Shown in pieces: positions 1 through 9,995 of a DNA stretch of 64,000 nucleotides (positions are counted from its first letter, which is position 1; each line of letters begins with the position of its first letter). Below the pieces are notes generated by a model that made no database searches, was not told the DNA's origin, and saw nothing but the letters and a program-made list of their open reading frames with translations. Position numbers and translations under genes: made by a program. Source of the stretch: a virus; IMG/VR virus record IMGVR_UViG_3300029258_005404; one strand, 5' to 3'.

Positions 1-109
1 GACTGGTGCTGCAATAACTCGCCTTTAAACTTCGATAATTTTTCAATTTCAGATATAAAAGCTTGTTTATAAATACTATAATTCATAATTTATTCTTTCT
101 TACAATTTT

Positions 110-520
110 TTAGTTTTTTGAAAAATAGGATTTTGCACCCAATCCAGCTAAACCAATACCGCCAGCCGTCGCAACACCCCTTGCAACAGATGGAATACCT
201 GTTCTTTCCAGATTTTTTCTGGCAAGACCCGTATGATATGCATAACTAATATCACCCGGGCTTCCCATAGCAAATTGCGGCCTTCTCATTCCTGCTTTCG
301 GAGTAATCGCTGCTTTTGCCGCGGCACTATGCATTTGATATCTTTTGAACCGTTCTGCCTTGGCACCTATTGATGTAGGAAGCCTTTTGATTTTTCGACC
401 AATGGTTCCAATTATTTTACGCCCATGTCGTTTAACAATATTACCGAAACCTGATTGGGCAATTTTCTCTATCTCATCTTCAAAAGCAGCCATATAAACA
501 TCATAATAAACATTGTTCAT
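110..520 (-). CDS. Basic, Gly/Ala-rich putative virion protein with N-terminal AFEDEIEKIA motif
   Basis: ORF 110..592; the second ATG at 520 (MNNVYY) avoids overlap with the sigma gene; shares the F-x-[DN]-[EN]-IEK-x-A motif with neighbours. Confidence 0.5.
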   Translation of the reverse strand: MNNVYYDVYMAAFEDEIEKIAQSGFGNIVKRHGRKIIGTIGRKIKRLPTSIGAKAERFKRYQMHSAAAKAAITPKAGMRRPQFAMGSPGDISYAYHTGLARKNLERTGIPSVARGVATAGGIGLAGLGAKSYFSKN

Positions 521-530
521 AATCCATACC

Positions 531-1229
531 TCACCGATAGGATTTAATTTTTTCTGATAATCGTTTTTTAGCCCTATGCACCCACATTTCATTTTGATTA
601 AGTTTTTGTGCTATTTCTTTATTATTCAATATTGGTTTACCACCAAAGCCGAATGTATGTTCGAATATAACCTTATCAGGACCAGACAGCTCATGGTACA
701 TATAATCCGCCAATGCCTTGTCAGGGTGCTCTGTAGTAACAATGTTGCCATAATAATCAAATGACGCCTTTGACGCTGTTGCCTCACCACCAAGCTCATG
801 CTCCATACGAGCAACTTCTTTTCTACTCCATCCAATTTCATCTGCCATTTCAGATGTACTTGGCTCCCTCCCAAGGCGATCCTCAAGATTGTCGCGTACA
901 ATAGTAAATGTTGATCTCTTAAGAGCGCGATTCTCAGGAATATGCCCGGACTGAAGTGACTCAGATGCTACGCGCTGAACTTTCTTCAGATTGTTCCATA
1001 CATGTGTAGTGGGTTGGGTACCCATATTAGGATTGTAACTCTTAAAGGATTTTATTAATTGAGTAGTTGCCTCGGCGCGCAATGTTGCAGGAGGAACACC
1101 AACAGTTCTGTATTGGTTAACAACTTTATTAACAACCGGCTGATAACGAACAATCAAATCAGCAAATAGTTGCGGATCTTTTGTCTTTTGCCATTGCAAT
1201 ATATTTTCTTGATCAGTTGGCATAATCAC
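531..1229 (-). CDS. Phage RNA polymerase sigma-70-family factor
   Basis: Region-2-like LIVRYQPVV...LIKSFKSYNP and region-3/4-like LGREPSTSEMADEIGWS and NNKEIAQKLNQNEMWVHRAKKR helix-turn-helix segments. Confidence 0.75.
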   Translation of the reverse strand: MIMPTDQENILQWQKTKDPQLFADLIVRYQPVVNKVVNQYRTVGVPPATLRAEATTQLIKSFKSYNPNMGTQPTTHVWNNLKKVQRVASESLQSGHIPENRALKRSTFTIVRDNLEDRLGREPSTSEMADEIGWSRKEVARMEHELGGEATASKASFDYYGNIVTTEHPDKALADYMYHELSGPDKVIFEHTFGFGGKPILNNKEIAQKLNQNEMWVHRAKKRLSEKIKSYR

Positions 1230-1243
1230 CTTTAATTAACTGT

Positions 1244-1693
1244 TTACATATTATTTACAGCATTTTGTATACTTTTGATAAGTGACTGGTCAATTGAGCT
1301 TATCATCTCTTTTTTTACGGCTTTTTGCCTAGCTAAATTAGACATTATTTTTTTTGTTATCCACTCTGCAGGCACATCTTTTTTAAGAACATACGAACGT
1401 TTCATGTGTTTGGGTAAGCTCGCCCCAATCATCAACGCCGCTTTGTTCGCAGGATCAGTTTCTAAATATTCTTTTCTTAGATGTTTTGGTATATTAATTT
1501 TTAGCATTGCACCTTTCTTCCCATATTGCGATGCATACGCTGTTCCAACATGCGTTCTCCTTGCTATATAACTTCCAGCTTTTAAACCTTCTTTCATTTT
1601 CTTTGCAATACTTTTAAGAGTGTGTCCGTGATAATAAGCTGCTTTTTTTTCAATATTATTACCAAACTGTTTTAATATTTCAGGTGTTATCAT
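1244..1693 (-). CDS. Putative virion protein, possible ADP-ribosyltransferase-like fold
   Basis: YYHGHT...EGLK...SYIA...AYA pattern resembles H-Y-type ART cores; N-terminal FGNNIEKKA motif. Confidence 0.35.
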   Translation of the reverse strand: MITPEILKQFGNNIEKKAAYYHGHTLKSIAKKMKEGLKAGSYIARRTHVGTAYASQYGKKGAMLKINIPKHLRKEYLETDPANKAALMIGASLPKHMKRSYVLKKDVPAEWITKKIMSNLARQKAVKKEMISSIDQSLIKSIQNAVNNM

Positions 1694-1708
1694 TTATCAC
1701 CTCCTAAA

Positions 1709-1885
1709 TTAAGCTGTAGTTGGAACTTTCTCAGGTTTTTTTACTTTTCCTGGCATTTTAGTTTTAATTTTTTTCGGCATTTTCATAACATTATCAGCAC
1801 CGGTGTTAATCTCTGATATTGATTCAGCAATTTTTTGAAAATTAATATTATTTCCAAACGATTGTAATACTTCTGAAATTATCAT
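1709..1885 (-). CDS. 58-aa Lys/Pro-rich protein (below ORF-track cutoff)
   Basis: Hand-translated MIISEVLQSFGNNINFQKIAE...EKVPTTA*; N-terminus nearly identical to the neighbouring gene; GAGG SD upstream. Confidence 0.55.
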   Translation of the reverse strand: MIISEVLQSFGNNINFQKIAESISEINTGADNVMKMPKKIKTKMPGKVKKPEKVPTTA

Positions 1886-1895
1886 TTAAACCTCA

Positions 1896-2660
1896 CTATT
1901 TCTTAATTTTCTTTACTACTTTAAGTATTTTTTTTGCCGTATCCTCGGCGATGTCAATATTAGATAATGCGAGGACTGGAACACCAATACCGATGCCTAT
2001 ATTACGAGCAATTCTATCAGCATCATCTTGTGTTTTATATGTAGCTAATGCAATATCTTTTATAACTTTTTCGCCTTTACCTTTTGCATATGGTGATTTT
2101 TCCCATGCTCTTACTTCTTCTTTATATTCAGGCTCAATGGTTGATCTATAAAGTTTTTCCCAGAATCCAAGCCCCTGTTTTTCTTTAAAAGATTCATGAT
2201 GACCAAGCTCATGGCCAAGAACATACCGATTTATTTTTTTAGGAAGAACAACAACCGGACTTACTTTGCTTGGTGAATATACAGCATTATCTTCAACTGG
2301 TACGGTTAATCCTACAATAAACCTTCTAATAGGATTCATATTTTTGACAGCTTTTAACTGCTTCTCTGTTGAGACAACTGATATTTCAGGGTATTTTACA
2401 GCAATTTCTTCTCTTAACTTTTTCGCGCTCTGAGGATCTTTTTGAAATTCTTTTTTTGCTTCTGGGAATATTCTTTTTCTTTTTGCCTCAGCAATATCAT
2501 CAGTGATATTACTTGCATGTGCAGCAGCACCAAGGCCAATAATAGCAGCTAGAACAATTCTAGTGGCAATACTTCTTCCACCTTTTATAAATGGATTTGT
2601 AGATAAAGCTCTTTTCTCAATCTCATCACCGAATGATTGTAAAACTTCAGATGTTAACAT
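1896..2660 (-). CDS. Putative zincin-type metallopeptidase, likely virion-associated
   Basis: VLGHELGHH (HExxH) with downstream EEVRAW Glu; N-terminal FGDEIEKRA motif. Confidence 0.55.
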   Translation of the reverse strand: MLTSEVLQSFGDEIEKRALSTNPFIKGGRSIATRIVLAAIIGLGAAAHASNITDDIAEAKRKRIFPEAKKEFQKDPQSAKKLREEIAVKYPEISVVSTEKQLKAVKNMNPIRRFIVGLTVPVEDNAVYSPSKVSPVVVLPKKINRYVLGHELGHHESFKEKQGLGFWEKLYRSTIEPEYKEEVRAWEKSPYAKGKGEKVIKDIALATYKTQDDADRIARNIGIGIGVPVLALSNIDIAEDTAKKILKVVKKIKK

Positions 2661-2671
2661 TTTTTTTTCTT

Positions 2672-5641
2672 CTAATAAACAGGTGTATATTGAGTTCCAC
2701 TTACTCTTTGTAGAACTTTAGATGCATATATCTCAACAGCATTTCGACGCTCTTGAATAAAAGCGGTAATCGGCGTGTGTTCACGAATACTGCTAAACTG
2801 ACCGGCTTCATACATTGTGCCGCCATTTTCCTCTTTCAAACCATCAATTTTTCCACTATTCCAATCAATAGTAGTTACACCATAATATCTATCATGAATA
2901 TCATGGTCATTAAAAAGTATATCAATACCGAGTGACTCCCCCAGCGCAACATGATTCACATATTCATTAACACGATTGCCCTGGCTATCATTCACTTTAT
3001 CTTTAACCGAAAGGCCGAGAATTCCTTGATAAAAGGCGTCTGCAGAACAAACATTTCTTTTTACATATTCAATACATGCAGAATAATTTTGAAGCAATTC
3101 GGGATTTGACCAGGAAAGCGCATTAAGAGCCTCATGGATTGTATTAAATATAAAATGTATTCGTTTTTTCTTATTTTTAGGATCCGAAGCCGTTCCTATC
3201 ATGAAATGGCGCTTGTTATGGCGAAATACGTCACGATAGAATTTTGCTATTCGTGTTGGTTCATATTCCTGATCAATATATATCTGATTACGCTCCCCAT
3301 TAGCAACATCCTGTGCAGTAAGACTCAAAAGATCTTTTGCATATACATATTCACTACCTGGATTAATTGCATCGAGATCATAATAATCTGAATTTAAAAT
3401 GCGTTTTACAGGAGCCTGTGGGTCAGGAACATGATAACTTAGATTTTTATATTCTAATGTGTCCGGATCAATTTCAGCTTCAACAGGCACAGTTGCTTTC
3501 ATATAAAGAGGGCTGCCATATTCGTTCATATCGGTAGGTTCATCTTCGAATCGAGCGTTATTCATAACAACTGATGTATTTGCTTCACCAGACTGTGGTG
3601 TGATATATATTGTGTGCTTTACCTGCTGAACCATTCCAATAATACTCTTCATAGACTCTCCACCATACCCCATATCATCAGCTACTACAACACCTGGAAA
3701 ACCGCACATTATATACGGATTAAAAGCCATATCAATAGTTACAACGCGCCCAGCATATTTTCTATTCAAAAATTTAAGAAGAGCATGGTGTTTCAGTGCG
3801 TTTTTCGTTTTTTCAGTAATCTTTCTATGTCCTTTGAGTTTATTTCTTGCAGCCCGCTTTTCTTCAATTTTCTTTTTTGCAATTTTTAATTTATTTGTTA
3901 CATTCTTTAATCCGGATGTATTAGGTGGCAGTGTTCCCTTTTCTTTTAAAGCACCAAGAGCATTATCTCTTTCAGTTTCAAGTTTTGCTATTTCCTGATC
4001 AATTCTGTCACGAGCCTTTTTATTTGCATTTCTATCCTTCACTACATTAATAGCGTCATTCATTGCAAGCTCATGAGAGACACTTCCAAATACAACATTG
4101 ACCCCTTTATATCTTTCTTCGAGAGTAAGTGGCGGTTTTGTTCTACCATATCGATCTGTTCCTTTTGATTTTGTTGATTTAATATTTGCTGCGGCTTTTT
4201 TTGCATTATCTTCTTGAATGTTAAGTTTTTTTGCAGCATCTATTTGATTATTAAGATTATCTGTACCATCAACAGTTCCATTTGATTTAGTAGTGTCTTT
4301 CTTTTTTTTCTGGTCGGTCATTAAATTGAATAATGCATTTGGAACCTGTACACTTGGTGAGGCAAGCGCATCACCTCCAGGGGTTGAAAGAAGATGAACT
4401 TGATCAAAATAACCACGAGTAACATCTGCATCAATATCATATTGCCATTCAACGCGGTCATACATAGGTGGAAACATCATATTACAATTTGGAGGAGCTG
4501 TAAATTCAAGTGGTGGAAGCAGCATCGATTCATTAAGTATATATTTTCCACCAAATTCAGCTGAAGCCCTGTCAATCAAAAATTTTCTCACACCTGAATC
4601 AATCACATAATTCACTGCGTTATGAGGGGTTCCATCAGCCTTATTTCCAATAGGTATTAAAGAAGGCGTGCTGCATGAATATACCCGAGTGGAAAAAGCC
4701 CCTGCTAAACGCATTATTGCAGCCTCTAAACTAGAAAATCTTGAATTTCCCATCAGATGTGAGCCAATGTGAACACTCCCTCTTTGTCTACTCCAGAAAT
4801 TATATCCTGATTTATTAACCGGGATAAGGAACCGTTTATCAACACGAATACGTTTATTGAGAAACGTTCCTACGGCTGTTCCACCAACAGCCTCCAACCA
4901 CATACCGCGTATTATTGCATCAAGATAAAATCCACAATTTGCAACACCATTATCTGATGGTGTCGCACTGGCAAATTCTGCTGAGTAGGCATCCTGTCCA
5001 TTCTGCTGGGTTTTATTCGCATTATTATCAGCATTTATTTTATCAATCTGTTCATCAAGAGTGCCTGTATTCTCTACAGGAGTTGTTTGCTGTTTAGTAT
5101 TTTTTATTTTATTCGATCTCCTGCTATATCCGGCGCTCCCAGCAATAAGTCCAAGAGTATAACTAAGTGGCGCAAGGCCGGTCTTATCATACACTCTTAT
5201 ATCAGTTCCTTGTCTCTGCGTTTTACCTGGTATAACAAATGTCTGAAATATCCCCATCGAATTATAGAAATTGCGTGTTGTAAGTTTGTCAGCACCTTCC
5301 CATGCCAAAGCCGCCGGAGCGCGCCGTATGTCCATACGAAAATCACGGCAAACCAAACCTATACCTCTCCCTTCAGTAGCCTGGTCAGTTTTATAGAAAC
5401 TTGAAAAAAAGCCGTCAAACATAAGTTGCCATTTCGGCTTCTCTTTACCTACAACCCATTCACGATAGAATATTTGCACAGCAGTCTTCGGTTTTAAATC
5501 GAGCAGCTCCTTATTAGAATAAACATTGATGTTCGCCTCCTGTCCATTCGGTGTACATACAATAGTAGCACCTTTGAAAGGAACAGCAACACCTTCCAGA
5601 AAGAGTTTGAATGAATAATTAAAACCTTTTTTCTCAGCCAT
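2672..5641 (-). CDS. Large tail/baseplate hub-like structural protein (989 aa)
   Basis: Size, beta-rich N-terminus, late MAFNPYIMCGFPGVVV...GMVQQVKHTI segment typical of hub/VgrG-like OB regions; position next to tape-measure-like gene. Confidence 0.45.
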   Translation of the reverse strand: MAEKKGFNYSFKLFLEGVAVPFKGATIVCTPNGQEANINVYSNKELLDLKPKTAVQIFYREWVVGKEKPKWQLMFDGFFSSFYKTDQATEGRGIGLVCRDFRMDIRRAPAALAWEGADKLTTRNFYNSMGIFQTFVIPGKTQRQGTDIRVYDKTGLAPLSYTLGLIAGSAGYSRRSNKIKNTKQQTTPVENTGTLDEQIDKINADNNANKTQQNGQDAYSAEFASATPSDNGVANCGFYLDAIIRGMWLEAVGGTAVGTFLNKRIRVDKRFLIPVNKSGYNFWSRQRGSVHIGSHLMGNSRFSSLEAAIMRLAGAFSTRVYSCSTPSLIPIGNKADGTPHNAVNYVIDSGVRKFLIDRASAEFGGKYILNESMLLPPLEFTAPPNCNMMFPPMYDRVEWQYDIDADVTRGYFDQVHLLSTPGGDALASPSVQVPNALFNLMTDQKKKKDTTKSNGTVDGTDNLNNQIDAAKKLNIQEDNAKKAAANIKSTKSKGTDRYGRTKPPLTLEERYKGVNVVFGSVSHELAMNDAINVVKDRNANKKARDRIDQEIAKLETERDNALGALKEKGTLPPNTSGLKNVTNKLKIAKKKIEEKRAARNKLKGHRKITEKTKNALKHHALLKFLNRKYAGRVVTIDMAFNPYIMCGFPGVVVADDMGYGGESMKSIIGMVQQVKHTIYITPQSGEANTSVVMNNARFEDEPTDMNEYGSPLYMKATVPVEAEIDPDTLEYKNLSYHVPDPQAPVKRILNSDYYDLDAINPGSEYVYAKDLLSLTAQDVANGERNQIYIDQEYEPTRIAKFYRDVFRHNKRHFMIGTASDPKNKKKRIHFIFNTIHEALNALSWSNPELLQNYSACIEYVKRNVCSADAFYQGILGLSVKDKVNDSQGNRVNEYVNHVALGESLGIDILFNDHDIHDRYYGVTTIDWNSGKIDGLKEENGGTMYEAGQFSSIREHTPITAFIQERRNAVEIYASKVLQRVSGTQYTPVY

Positions 5642-5642
5642 A

Positions 5643-6506
5643 TTATACGTTTTCTAATGGATTTCCTGTAGAATCAGATTCAACTATAAACCCATCAGGT
5701 ATAGTCTCATCGAGTGCCGCTGTTTCAATTGAGCCGGCAAGAAATTCTCCGGACAGCCTCGCAGCATTTCTCATACCATTAAATTCGTCAACCTGTATAT
5801 ATCTACCAAGATTAGTAGAATAAATTGGCATAAGATTAATTCTTGCCCATGCTGACTTCCTGACCAAAACTGAAAATGTAAATGATTTACTTTGTTCCAT
5901 ATCACCGGTTGCGGTAGTTGAAATGCTAAGCATATATCCATCAATAATTCTGCCATCATATATCATTTTCATTTGCATATTATTTTCGACAGCGCGTCTT
6001 CCACGTAAATATTTCTCGTATGCAAGCATAAATTCCTGATAGTATGGATATTCTCTTGTATCGAGAAAGATTCCTGAGAAATTATAGATAGATGGCTTTT
6101 CACCAAAGAAAAATGCATTCCATCCATTTGAAAAGTTTTGATGAAGTTTGACAATCTCACCATGTGCTTCTTGCACATTAATAAGTGAGAAATTGTTAAA
6201 TACACCATAATAATTATTTGGCGCCTTACCATCAAGTGAAAGAAGTGCAATTTTTCCACCAGGAATTGATGGCGGTGAAGACACATCGCCACTTACCGAT
6301 TCAGCTTCGAGCTCTGTTATACTCATTGATAAATCAGTAAGATAATCATTGGTCTTGAGCGCATCATCTGAAACAAAACCCTGAGAGGTGGTATAAAGAA
6401 TAATAGTTGCAACTGTTCCTTCATGCTCAGTTGTACCAACCGTATATGGCCTCACTTTACTATCGGTTGGTGATGCTAGAAACTCATTTGGTAAGCGTGG
6501 TGGCAT
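5643..6506 (-). CDS. Putative tail/baseplate protein
   Basis: 287-aa ORF abutting the hub-like gene; AFFFGEKPSIYNFSGIF motif resembles tube-initiator-like proteins. Confidence 0.4.
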   Translation of the reverse strand: MPPRLPNEFLASPTDSKVRPYTVGTTEHEGTVATIILYTTSQGFVSDDALKTNDYLTDLSMSITELEAESVSGDVSSPPSIPGGKIALLSLDGKAPNNYYGVFNNFSLINVQEAHGEIVKLHQNFSNGWNAFFFGEKPSIYNFSGIFLDTREYPYYQEFMLAYEKYLRGRRAVENNMQMKMIYDGRIIDGYMLSISTTATGDMEQSKSFTFSVLVRKSAWARINLMPIYSTNLGRYIQVDEFNGMRNAARLSGEFLAGSIETAALDETIPDGFIVESDSTGNPLENV

Positions 6507-6519
6507 AATATTACCTCTT

Positions 6520-9500
6520 TTACAAAGTCCACTTATTGTTCCAATAATTTAATATTGGAGGTTGCACACTGGTATATGATGTTCTATCTCGAGAAGTAGT
6601 GGGATATTCAACTCTCGTCTCTAAATCTTTCAATTTGAATTCAGCTTCAGTTAAACCCTTTGCGATATCAGCAGCCCTGTACTCTTTCTTTCCTTCTTTA
6701 ATAAACCCATCATTAGTTTGCCTCAGCTGCGCCTCTCTTACTCTCCATTGCTTCAATTCCTCCCTCGCACCGGCTAAAGAATCTTCACCCCGTTTTGCCC
6801 AGACACCACTAACACCTTCTATCCAACCTGGCAATTCTCCAGATTCTATTTTTGCTTTAACAACATCAGGAGTCGTTTCGGTATAAGCAGATAACATGCT
6901 AAGCATTTCGCCACCACCACGCAATGGAGAAGTTGCTCTCTTTATCTGCGCCTTCGATAAATCACCAGCTACAAGCTGTGTTAAAAATTGTTTTTGTTTG
7001 TCCGTAACTTCGTAACCAAGCCGTTGTTCCAGAGTATCTATCATTCGATAAGCGCGGCCATCTCTTATTTTCAAAGCTTCAGCTTCCTGCTCCTGATTAC
7101 GCTTGGTTCTCCATTCTTTAATTCTATCTTGCCACGTTCCTTCACCTTCTGTATTGAAATATGAAGTTACATTATGAGCAGGATTGTCAGTAAATATCGG
7201 AAGTATTCCTGCCATCTTTTTCTTAGCCGCCTCCCCGGGAGTCACACGGAGACGCTCGATTTCCTCAATTACTTCAAGCTGACGTTCTGGGGTATCCATT
7301 CGAAATCCAGGACCAAGAAATTTACGAAGAATAGCCTTTCTTTTTTTTGTTTCAGCTGTCTCCCTCATCTCACCGGTTTCACTACGAATACCTTTACGGG
7401 TAGTATAACCCATTTCCATCTTAAAACCAAGAGCACTATAACCAGCTTCACGCCTTGCTTTTCTGTAAGGCTCCATATCAACCTGCAGTTGATTAAATGT
7501 CGGGCCAACCAGCTCAGACCTCTCTCGCTCAACTTCTGCTTTTGCTCGCTTCGCTACCAAATCACCAGCAGTTCCAGCAGGAATTCCCTGTATCTTTCTT
7601 CCGCCAATATTAAACTGCATTTGTGCATCGCCAGTTGCTCTGTATATCTGTTTTGCATTAAGCAGCATATCGTTTATACGCTTTCGAGATTCTATCGGCA
7701 ATCTTGCAGAAATCCTATCCCATTCTGTTGTAGAATCTTCATACTGCTTACTAACGCTACGCCTATATTGATTCATAGTTGATAAAAGCGCATTTATAGT
7801 ACCAATCGGTTGAGATTTCAATTGGCCATATAACTCCGAACCTGGAGCTGCTCCAAGTACACGGGTGATTTTGTCATTTTTATAAATATCACCTGCAGTT
7901 CCCGAATATAATGCGGTACCAAGTTGCTGATATGCATATGCAACCTCAGTCGGGTCTTTTGTTCGCATTAATGTTCCAAAATCAACACCAACCTTAACCT
8001 GTTTTACGTTTCTCAATCTCTGTACGGCGCCTGGAGACATCTGCGCTAGCCTATCTATCCCAGCCTGACTCGCACTTATTCCAACAGAATACATATTCCT
8101 TACAGCAGTTGCAGGATCCGCATACGTTGCACGGTTTACGCCGCCATACTCGTCATATATACCGGTCACCTGCAATGCCTTCTCCATCATTCCACTGGCG
8201 CCTTTCTTAATATCTAACAACATATTTCCCATACCGGTCATTGCCCTACCTGACTGGTATACAACATCCTCGCCAAATCTGTTAAAAAATCCACCAACAG
8301 CTGCATTTGCCCCTGCAATAGAACTTCCAATAGGCCCAAGTGGTCTCTGAATTTGCGATTGATTTAATGTTGCCCGAGCAGCTTGCATACCGGCAAATTG
8401 TTCACCAAGACCTTTTGGCCTCAATAGTGACTCATACATTAAACGCTGCTCACGCTGATTATTTGTGAACTGTCCAGCAAATACCCATGCCTTAGCGTTT
8501 ACATCTCCATACCTGCCACTCCCCCACGCCTGGAACACTCTATTAACCATTTGAGTGCGGCCGACATCTGACATCTGATTGAGCATATCTTCTTTATACC
8601 GCTCAAACTGTACACGCCCCGATATTCCCATGGCATATCCACGCTGACTCGCACCAACAACCATTTCATATGCACCGACTTTACCGGACATGAGACGATT
8701 CATTCTATCTTCATCTACAGTACCATCTGGCCTCATTGCATAAGCAACTGCCTTTGTGCCCATACCTGAAGAAAGAACATTCATCTGGGCCCGGGCAATT
8801 GCACCTCCGGCGGCAGCGACACCACCTGCTCTCTGTACTGCATATGCTCCTGCTGGATCAGAACGCGCAATAAATGATGCTTGTGCAGCACCAGTCTGGT
8901 ACATTGATGCTCCGACATTAGCAGCCCATGGTGTTCCCTGAACAGCTCTGGCACCTGCTGCTCCTATCTGCATCATGTTCTGCGCCCCGAGGCCGGTTAT
9001 TCCACCGAAAGCTTTTGCCTGGCGAATCTGATGCCTTACCTGTCGCATACCACCAAAACCGGTTTGCTGAAGCTCTTTAATAACAGACATTCCGCCTTCA
9101 ATAGTGGTCTGCATCAGCTTAACCACTTCTTCAGTAGTTTCCCGCAATTCTTCAAAATTACGCTCATACTGACGAAGTGTTCCTGACGCTCGGCCACCCC
9201 TGGCAGATATCATATTATTTGACAGGGCTATTTTATGTATCTTCGATTGCTGTTCAGTATTAAAAAATCCACCCTGATACATATTCCTCTGCATTCGGCC
9301 GGCAAGGTTCGTTGCCTGATTATATGACAATCCACCTCTGAATCCAAGTTGGTCACGATATTGCTCAATATCGGCGGCCATTGAATGCATAAATTGCTGC
9401 CTCTGCATAGCGTTATTAATTCCACGCATTGGCATATATAACGCCGCCGCACCCAATGCTGCAGGAAATGCAATTCCGCCAAGCATTCCCATACCGGCCA

Positions 9501-9849
9501 TGCCTGCTATTCCGGCTCCGGCCTCCCAGGCACCAATATCCATTGCTGTTTTAGCAATAGCAGTACCAACCCCCATCCTTCGTAATTCTGCCTGTCTTTG
9601 ATAATGTCGCGGATCCTGACCGCCGGGAACGCCATATTGGAATCGCGGGTCCATTGCAACATGGCGCTGCATAGCGAGCGTCATTGATGTAGGTTGAACA
9701 GTTCCCTGTTGGTATTGTGAAATCATTTGTTGACGAATCATATCATTATATCTGATACGATTGTCGAATGCGGCAAACGGGTCTATATGACCCGGGCGGG
9801 CATAATTGACAGGCCCGTATCCGAATTCAGGAGGAGGCATGTATCGCAC
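6520..9849 (-). CDS. Tape-measure-like protein (1109 aa)
   Basis: Very long Gly/Ala/Gln/Met-rich helical ORF with hydrophobic GAGIAGMAGMGMLGGIAF stretch in a tail module. Confidence 0.5.
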   Translation of the reverse strand: MRYMPPPEFGYGPVNYARPGHIDPFAAFDNRIRYNDMIRQQMISQYQQGTVQPTSMTLAMQRHVAMDPRFQYGVPGGQDPRHYQRQAELRRMGVGTAIAKTAMDIGAWEAGAGIAGMAGMGMLGGIAFPAALGAAALYMPMRGINNAMQRQQFMHSMAADIEQYRDQLGFRGGLSYNQATNLAGRMQRNMYQGGFFNTEQQSKIHKIALSNNMISARGGRASGTLRQYERNFEELRETTEEVVKLMQTTIEGGMSVIKELQQTGFGGMRQVRHQIRQAKAFGGITGLGAQNMMQIGAAGARAVQGTPWAANVGASMYQTGAAQASFIARSDPAGAYAVQRAGGVAAAGGAIARAQMNVLSSGMGTKAVAYAMRPDGTVDEDRMNRLMSGKVGAYEMVVGASQRGYAMGISGRVQFERYKEDMLNQMSDVGRTQMVNRVFQAWGSGRYGDVNAKAWVFAGQFTNNQREQRLMYESLLRPKGLGEQFAGMQAARATLNQSQIQRPLGPIGSSIAGANAAVGGFFNRFGEDVVYQSGRAMTGMGNMLLDIKKGASGMMEKALQVTGIYDEYGGVNRATYADPATAVRNMYSVGISASQAGIDRLAQMSPGAVQRLRNVKQVKVGVDFGTLMRTKDPTEVAYAYQQLGTALYSGTAGDIYKNDKITRVLGAAPGSELYGQLKSQPIGTINALLSTMNQYRRSVSKQYEDSTTEWDRISARLPIESRKRINDMLLNAKQIYRATGDAQMQFNIGGRKIQGIPAGTAGDLVAKRAKAEVERERSELVGPTFNQLQVDMEPYRKARREAGYSALGFKMEMGYTTRKGIRSETGEMRETAETKKRKAILRKFLGPGFRMDTPERQLEVIEEIERLRVTPGEAAKKKMAGILPIFTDNPAHNVTSYFNTEGEGTWQDRIKEWRTKRNQEQEAEALKIRDGRAYRMIDTLEQRLGYEVTDKQKQFLTQLVAGDLSKAQIKRATSPLRGGGEMLSMLSAYTETTPDVVKAKIESGELPGWIEGVSGVWAKRGEDSLAGAREELKQWRVREAQLRQTNDGFIKEGKKEYRAADIAKGLTEAEFKLKDLETRVEYPTTSRDRTSYTSVQPPILNYWNNKWTL

Positions 9850-9922
9850 CTCAATTTCTAAAGTGGAATACTGTTATAATTACAATATAACTTAAAAACA
9901 CCATTCTTTCAATCGGCATATA

Positions 9923-9950
9923 GTTATAATATGGAATTATATGGTATAAT
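9923..9950 (+). promoter_or_regulatory. Bipartite promoter motif GTKAT-N14-TGGYATAA, copy 1
   Basis: GTTAT at 9923, TGGTATAAT at 9942; intergenic, upstream of FISUMP gene. Confidence 0.6.
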
Positions 9951-9995
9951 TATTATAAATTAAGTGGTAATTATTACTTTCAAAAGGAGGATTTT

